Origin: Candidatus Poribacteria bacterium
GTDB lineage: Bacteria > Poribacteria > WGA-4E > PCPOR2b
DNA: 64,000 bases
NCBI GenBank assembly: GCA_965116925.1
Contig: OZ220744.1
Span: forward strand, 160,001 to 224,000
Direction of reading: 5' to 3'
Shown: positions 60,753-64,000 of the stretch, one piece after another
How positions within the stretch are numbered: the first letter of the stretch is position 1
How the letters are laid out: every line of letters begins with the position of its first letter
Position numbers and translations under genes: made by a program
Notes under the pieces: model-generated
What the model was told of the DNA's origin: nothing
Databases searched by the model: none
Seen by the model: only the letters and a program-made list of their open reading frames with translations

Positions 60753-62003
60753 ATGGAGACTTCTGAGAATAAACGTATCCGCGTGGGAGTTGTCGGTGCC
60801 GGGCGCGGGCAAAGTTTTATGCGATCCGCAATAGCGGTCGGACTGGAGCTGGTGGCTGTCTGCGACACGTGGGAGGAGAAACTGAAACAGGTCGGTGATC
60901 AGCTCGGTGTGACTACTTACACTGACTACGACAAATTCCTTGAACACGACATGGATGCAGTAGTACTCGCTAACTATTTTCACGAACACGCACCCTTCGC
61001 AATCAAGGCGTTCGCCGCAGACAAACATGTAATGAGTGAGTGCGCCGCCTGCCACACGATGTCGGAAGCGGTGGCACTAGCGCGTGCCTTTGAAAAAAGT
61101 GGAAAGATTTATCTGTTCGCCGAAAACTATCCCTATATGGTCTACAATCAGGAGATGCATCGCTTGTACAAAGCGGGACGGATTGGCGAATTCAAGTACG
61201 GCGAGGGCGAGTATGTGCACCCAGATCCCGCCGAAGTCAAACTCGCTCGCAGCTGCGGGACCGACCACTGGCGGAACTGGATTCCATCTACCTACTACTG
61301 CACCCACTCCATTGCACCGGTAATGTACATCACGGGGACACGTCCCGTGAAGGTGAATGGATTCGTAGTTCCCTACGACTTCGATGATCCAACCCAGACG
61401 ATGCACATGAAACGCAGCGACACCTGCGCTGTCATTATTTGTCGGATGGATAACGATGCAGTGATGAAATCCCTGCATGGTGCACTGCGGGGGCACGGTA
61501 ACTACGTCCGTATCCACGGCAATAAGGGATTGATGGAAAACAGCCGTCATGGCGACAAACAACGCCTGCGAGTGTGGCGCGAGCCTTGGGAGAAAGATGA
61601 AGGAGAGCCTGCCGAAATCGTTTACAAGCCCGATTTTCCAACCCATCATAACGAAGCGACAACCGCAGGGCATGGTGGCGGCGATTTCTTTACTACTTAC
61701 CACTTTGCGGAGGCAATTCGGACGGGTGAACAACCGTATCTGGACGTTTACCGGGGGATCGACATGAGTATTGTCGGCATTCTCGCTTGGCGGTCTGCTC
61801 TTAACGATTCTGCCCCAATTGAAGTCCCCGATTTTCGGGTGGAATCTGCCCGTAAGTCTTATGAAAACGACGACTGGTCTCCAGATCCAAAACGTAAGAG
61901 AGAAGGGCAACCGTCAAGTAGCATCCTCGGTGATATTCAACCTTCAGAGGCAACTATCGCGTATGCGAAGGAGGTCTGGGCAAGGCAGGGGTATCAAGAA
62001 TAG
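60753..62003 (+). CDS. Gfo/Idh/MocA family oxidoreductase (GH109-like subgroup)
   Basis: VGVVGAGRG, HAPFAI, AENYPY, EGEYVH, YYCTHS, GHGGGDF; RBS GGAGG. Confidence 0.85.
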   Translation: METSENKRIRVGVVGAGRGQSFMRSAIAVGLELVAVCDTWEEKLKQVGDQLGVTTYTDYDKFLEHDMDAVVLANYFHEHAPFAIKAFAADKHVMSECAACHTMSEAVALARAFEKSGKIYLFAENYPYMVYNQEMHRLYKAGRIGEFKYGEGEYVHPDPAEVKLARSCGTDHWRNWIPSTYYCTHSIAPVMYITGTRPVKVNGFVVPYDFDDPTQTMHMKRSDTCAVIICRMDNDAVMKSLHGALRGHGNYVRIHGNKGLMENSRHGDKQRLRVWREPWEKDEGEPAEIVYKPDFPTHHNEATTAGHGGGDFFTTYHFAEAIRTGEQPYLDVYRGIDMSIVGILAWRSALNDSAPIEVPDFRVESARKSYENDDWSPDPKRKREGQPSSSILGDIQPSEATIAYAKEVWARQGYQE

Positions 62004-62019
62004 GTTCACCGACCCTGAA

Positions 62020-62691
62020 TCACCGAATGTGGCGATACAGTTTTGCAAGGTGATTTGGGGATACGCGTAGCAGATAGAGCAAGGTGATGAACCAATTTGT
62101 GAAGGTCGTGCGGAGGATGCCGTTCTTTTGCCAGCGGCGAGCGGAGATGTGAATTCTTGGTTCCAAAAGCGTTACCTTGCCATGTTGACGGAGTTTTCGA
62201 GAAAACCCAACCTCTTCCATAATCGAAATATCGGGGAAACCACCAATTCGGTCAAAGTAGGTGCGGCGAACGAAAATCCCACCGTCGCCGTAGAAAATCT
62301 TCAGCCGTTTTGCCCTGAAATTGGCAGCACGCTCAATCAGCCGATACAAGGGGGGATCTCCTTCAATTCGCTGTGTGAACGCTCCGCCGACATAGCCCAC
62401 TGAGATTGCGGTCTCAACGCCTTCAACGGCTCCAGCATCAAGCCACACATCCGCGTGCAAGAAAAGCAGAATGTCTCCCCTCGCCACCGCAGCACCCACA
62501 TTTAATTGACGAGCCCTCCCACGTTCAGCGGAAATTACCTGTCCGTACCTTTTCGCAATCAACGGGGTTTCGTCGGTGCTGCCCCCATCAACGATAATCA
62601 ACTCATGGTCTTTTAGTTGAGGTATGAGTCGAGATAGCGATTGGTCTAAAATCTTCGCTTCATTAAGAACCGGAATAATAACAGAGATCAT
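62020..62691 (-). CDS. GT2 glycosyltransferase, TIGR04283-like
   Basis: ISVIIPVLNE, VDGGSTD, GRARQLNVGA, LFLHAD, YGDGGIFV, GGFPD, SARRW. Confidence 0.85.
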   Translation of the reverse strand: MISVIIPVLNEAKILDQSLSRLIPQLKDHELIIVDGGSTDETPLIAKRYGQVISAERGRARQLNVGAAVARGDILLFLHADVWLDAGAVEGVETAISVGYVGGAFTQRIEGDPPLYRLIERAANFRAKRLKIFYGDGGIFVRRTYFDRIGGFPDISIMEEVGFSRKLRQHGKVTLLEPRIHISARRWQKNGILRTTFTNWFITLLYLLRVSPNHLAKLYRHIR

Positions 62692-62764
62692 CTGAGATAA
62701 ACTGTGGACATAATTCCCAATAGATCAAGGAACACTGAACTCGTAAGCGCATTTGTGCATCGCT

Positions 62765-64000
62765 TCACTTGGCTTCCTTCAGGTACTGATTCAATGCAAG
62801 CAGCGGAAAAACCACAGCGTAGATTGGATCCGCGTAACCGCCGATGATCTCCCAATAGATACCGACACAACTAGCATCCCATGAGCCCTCCGGACGCTGA
62901 CGACTAAGAAGAAACTCCAAGCCCTTTTGAGCAGTGGGACTCTCACGATCAGCGAGTAGTAGGGCATAGGTACACCAACCCGTCTGCTCAACCGTGCTAT
63001 CGGTCAGATTACCGAACATGTCTTCGCCCCAACCGCCATCACTGTTTTGGACCGACTCAAGCCAACGCACTCCACGCGCAATCGCCGGAGAGGCGCCTCT
63101 CCCTGCTTTGATCAGACCGATAATCGCACAAGCCGTTCCATACGTCCGTTTGGCAAGCCAAAGATCTGACCAATACCCCTCTTTGGAAATTTGATCTTCT
63201 AGCCACTGACAGGCTAGATCTATTTCCGCTTCCATCCCCGTTGCTTCACACCATGCTTCGATCGCGTGGGCGGTAAGACTCACACACCCGACATCACCCT
63301 GGCCCGGCAGATATGTGCTACAACTCCCGTCGGGACTTTGGTGTGCCTTCAACCAATGAAGCCCTCGCTGAATTGCGTCAGTACTGTCGGGTATCTTCGA
63401 CCGCAACAGCGCAAGTGTGGCTAACGCCGTGTCATCAGCGTCGCTCAGAAGGCTGCCGGTCCTGCCCATTGCCGAAAACGCCCAACCACCATCCGGATTC
63501 TGGTTGTCAATAAACCACCTGCCTGCGCGTTGAATGGTGTTATTCGCGTCTACATTGCCAATATCAATGAGCGTAAGTACGCTTAGCGCTGTGTCCCAAA
63601 TATTGAGATTTAACGCCTCTCGACAACCACCGTCTGGGTTCCGTGTCGATTGCAGCCATGCGATTCCGCCGTCGATTAACCTCTGAATCTCCTCTGATTG
63701 AGCAGGCTCCGTTGGTTCAGGGTTCAAAGTGGGTTCGTGGCCTGTTATATGCTTTTGAAGCTCGATGAGTGCTAACACCGACAACGCAGTGATATAATTC
63801 ACGCGAAACCAGCTATTATCAGAAAGTTTATGCTCTATGAGCCAACTGACCAATGAAGCAATCATCTCCGGACGTCGTGTGGTATTCAGTTCGATTAGGA
63901 TGAAGACTGGCACAAGCGTGTGTTGCTCCGCGATGAACAGTGCCTCAAAGGTTCGGGTGTTGAATAGGTCAACCGGTGGAAGGAGGTGGGTCGGCGGCTT
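62765..64000 (-). CDS. Squalene-hopene cyclase-like class II terpene cyclase, 5'-partial
   Basis: Frame open to the window end; IWDTAL, catalytic DADDTA (DxDD), several QW repeats (QNPDGGW, QNSDGGWGE, QRPEGSW). Confidence 0.8.
   Translation of the reverse strand, partial: KPPTHLLPPVDLFNTRTFEALFIAEQHTLVPVFILIELNTTRRPEMIASLVSWLIEHKLSDNSWFRVNYITALSVLALIELQKHITGHEPTLNPEPTEPAQSEEIQRLIDGGIAWLQSTRNPDGGCREALNLNIWDTALSVLTLIDIGNVDANNTIQRAGRWFIDNQNPDGGWAFSAMGRTGSLLSDADDTALATLALLRSKIPDSTDAIQRGLHWLKAHQSPDGSCSTYLPGQGDVGCVSLTAHAIEAWCEATGMEAEIDLACQWLEDQISKEGYWSDLWLAKRTYGTACAIIGLIKAGRGASPAIARGVRWLESVQNSDGGWGEDMFGNLTDSTVEQTGWCTYALLLADRESPTAQKGLEFLLSRQRPEGSWDASCVGIYWEIIGGYADPIYAVVFPLLALNQYLKEAK

Noticed and set aside
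61077..61910. 277-aa antisense ORF and other long shadow ORFs (e.g. 4675-5217, 44050-44631)
   Set aside because: They lie wholly opposite well-supported genes and have no protein motifs

Overview
Bacterial genomic window, gene-dense, with no rRNA, tRNA or CRISPR array and no intact transposase, integrase or reverse transcriptase. The gene content suggests a Candidatus Poribacteria-like organism (inference only): four Gfo/Idh/MocA oxidoreductases, PhyH dioxygenases, SDRs, a DUF1501 + DUF1549/1553 pair, FGE-sulfatase, sulfatase, an NHL-repeat protein and secreted LamG proteins. Recognisable genes are TPP riboswitch-thiC, gnd, a clpX-like ATPase, cysK-cysH-sulfur carrier-JAMM protease-NIL, an addA-like helicase, ligA, hisG, glcB, a comA-like gene, dppABC, polA, dnaK and a partial squalene-hopene-cyclase-like gene. 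Most notable: (1) four clustered secreted LamG proteins share a C-terminal tail, (A/S)V(E/S)Px(x)(G/D)KLxT(T/S)W(A/G)x(L/M/V)K, that looks like a sorting signal; (2) a modular, nested set of intergenic GTAG-REP and MITE elements in which one scaffold carries different hairpin cores; (3) two candidate unannotated structured RNAs and a missed 45-aa Lys-rich ORF; (4) several enzymes or regulators with altered catalytic motifs or unusual fusions (AddA with NYER, sulfatase with TIPTR, MarR-ferritin next to an ECF sigma factor). All calls come from reading the sequence by eye; no database searches were run.
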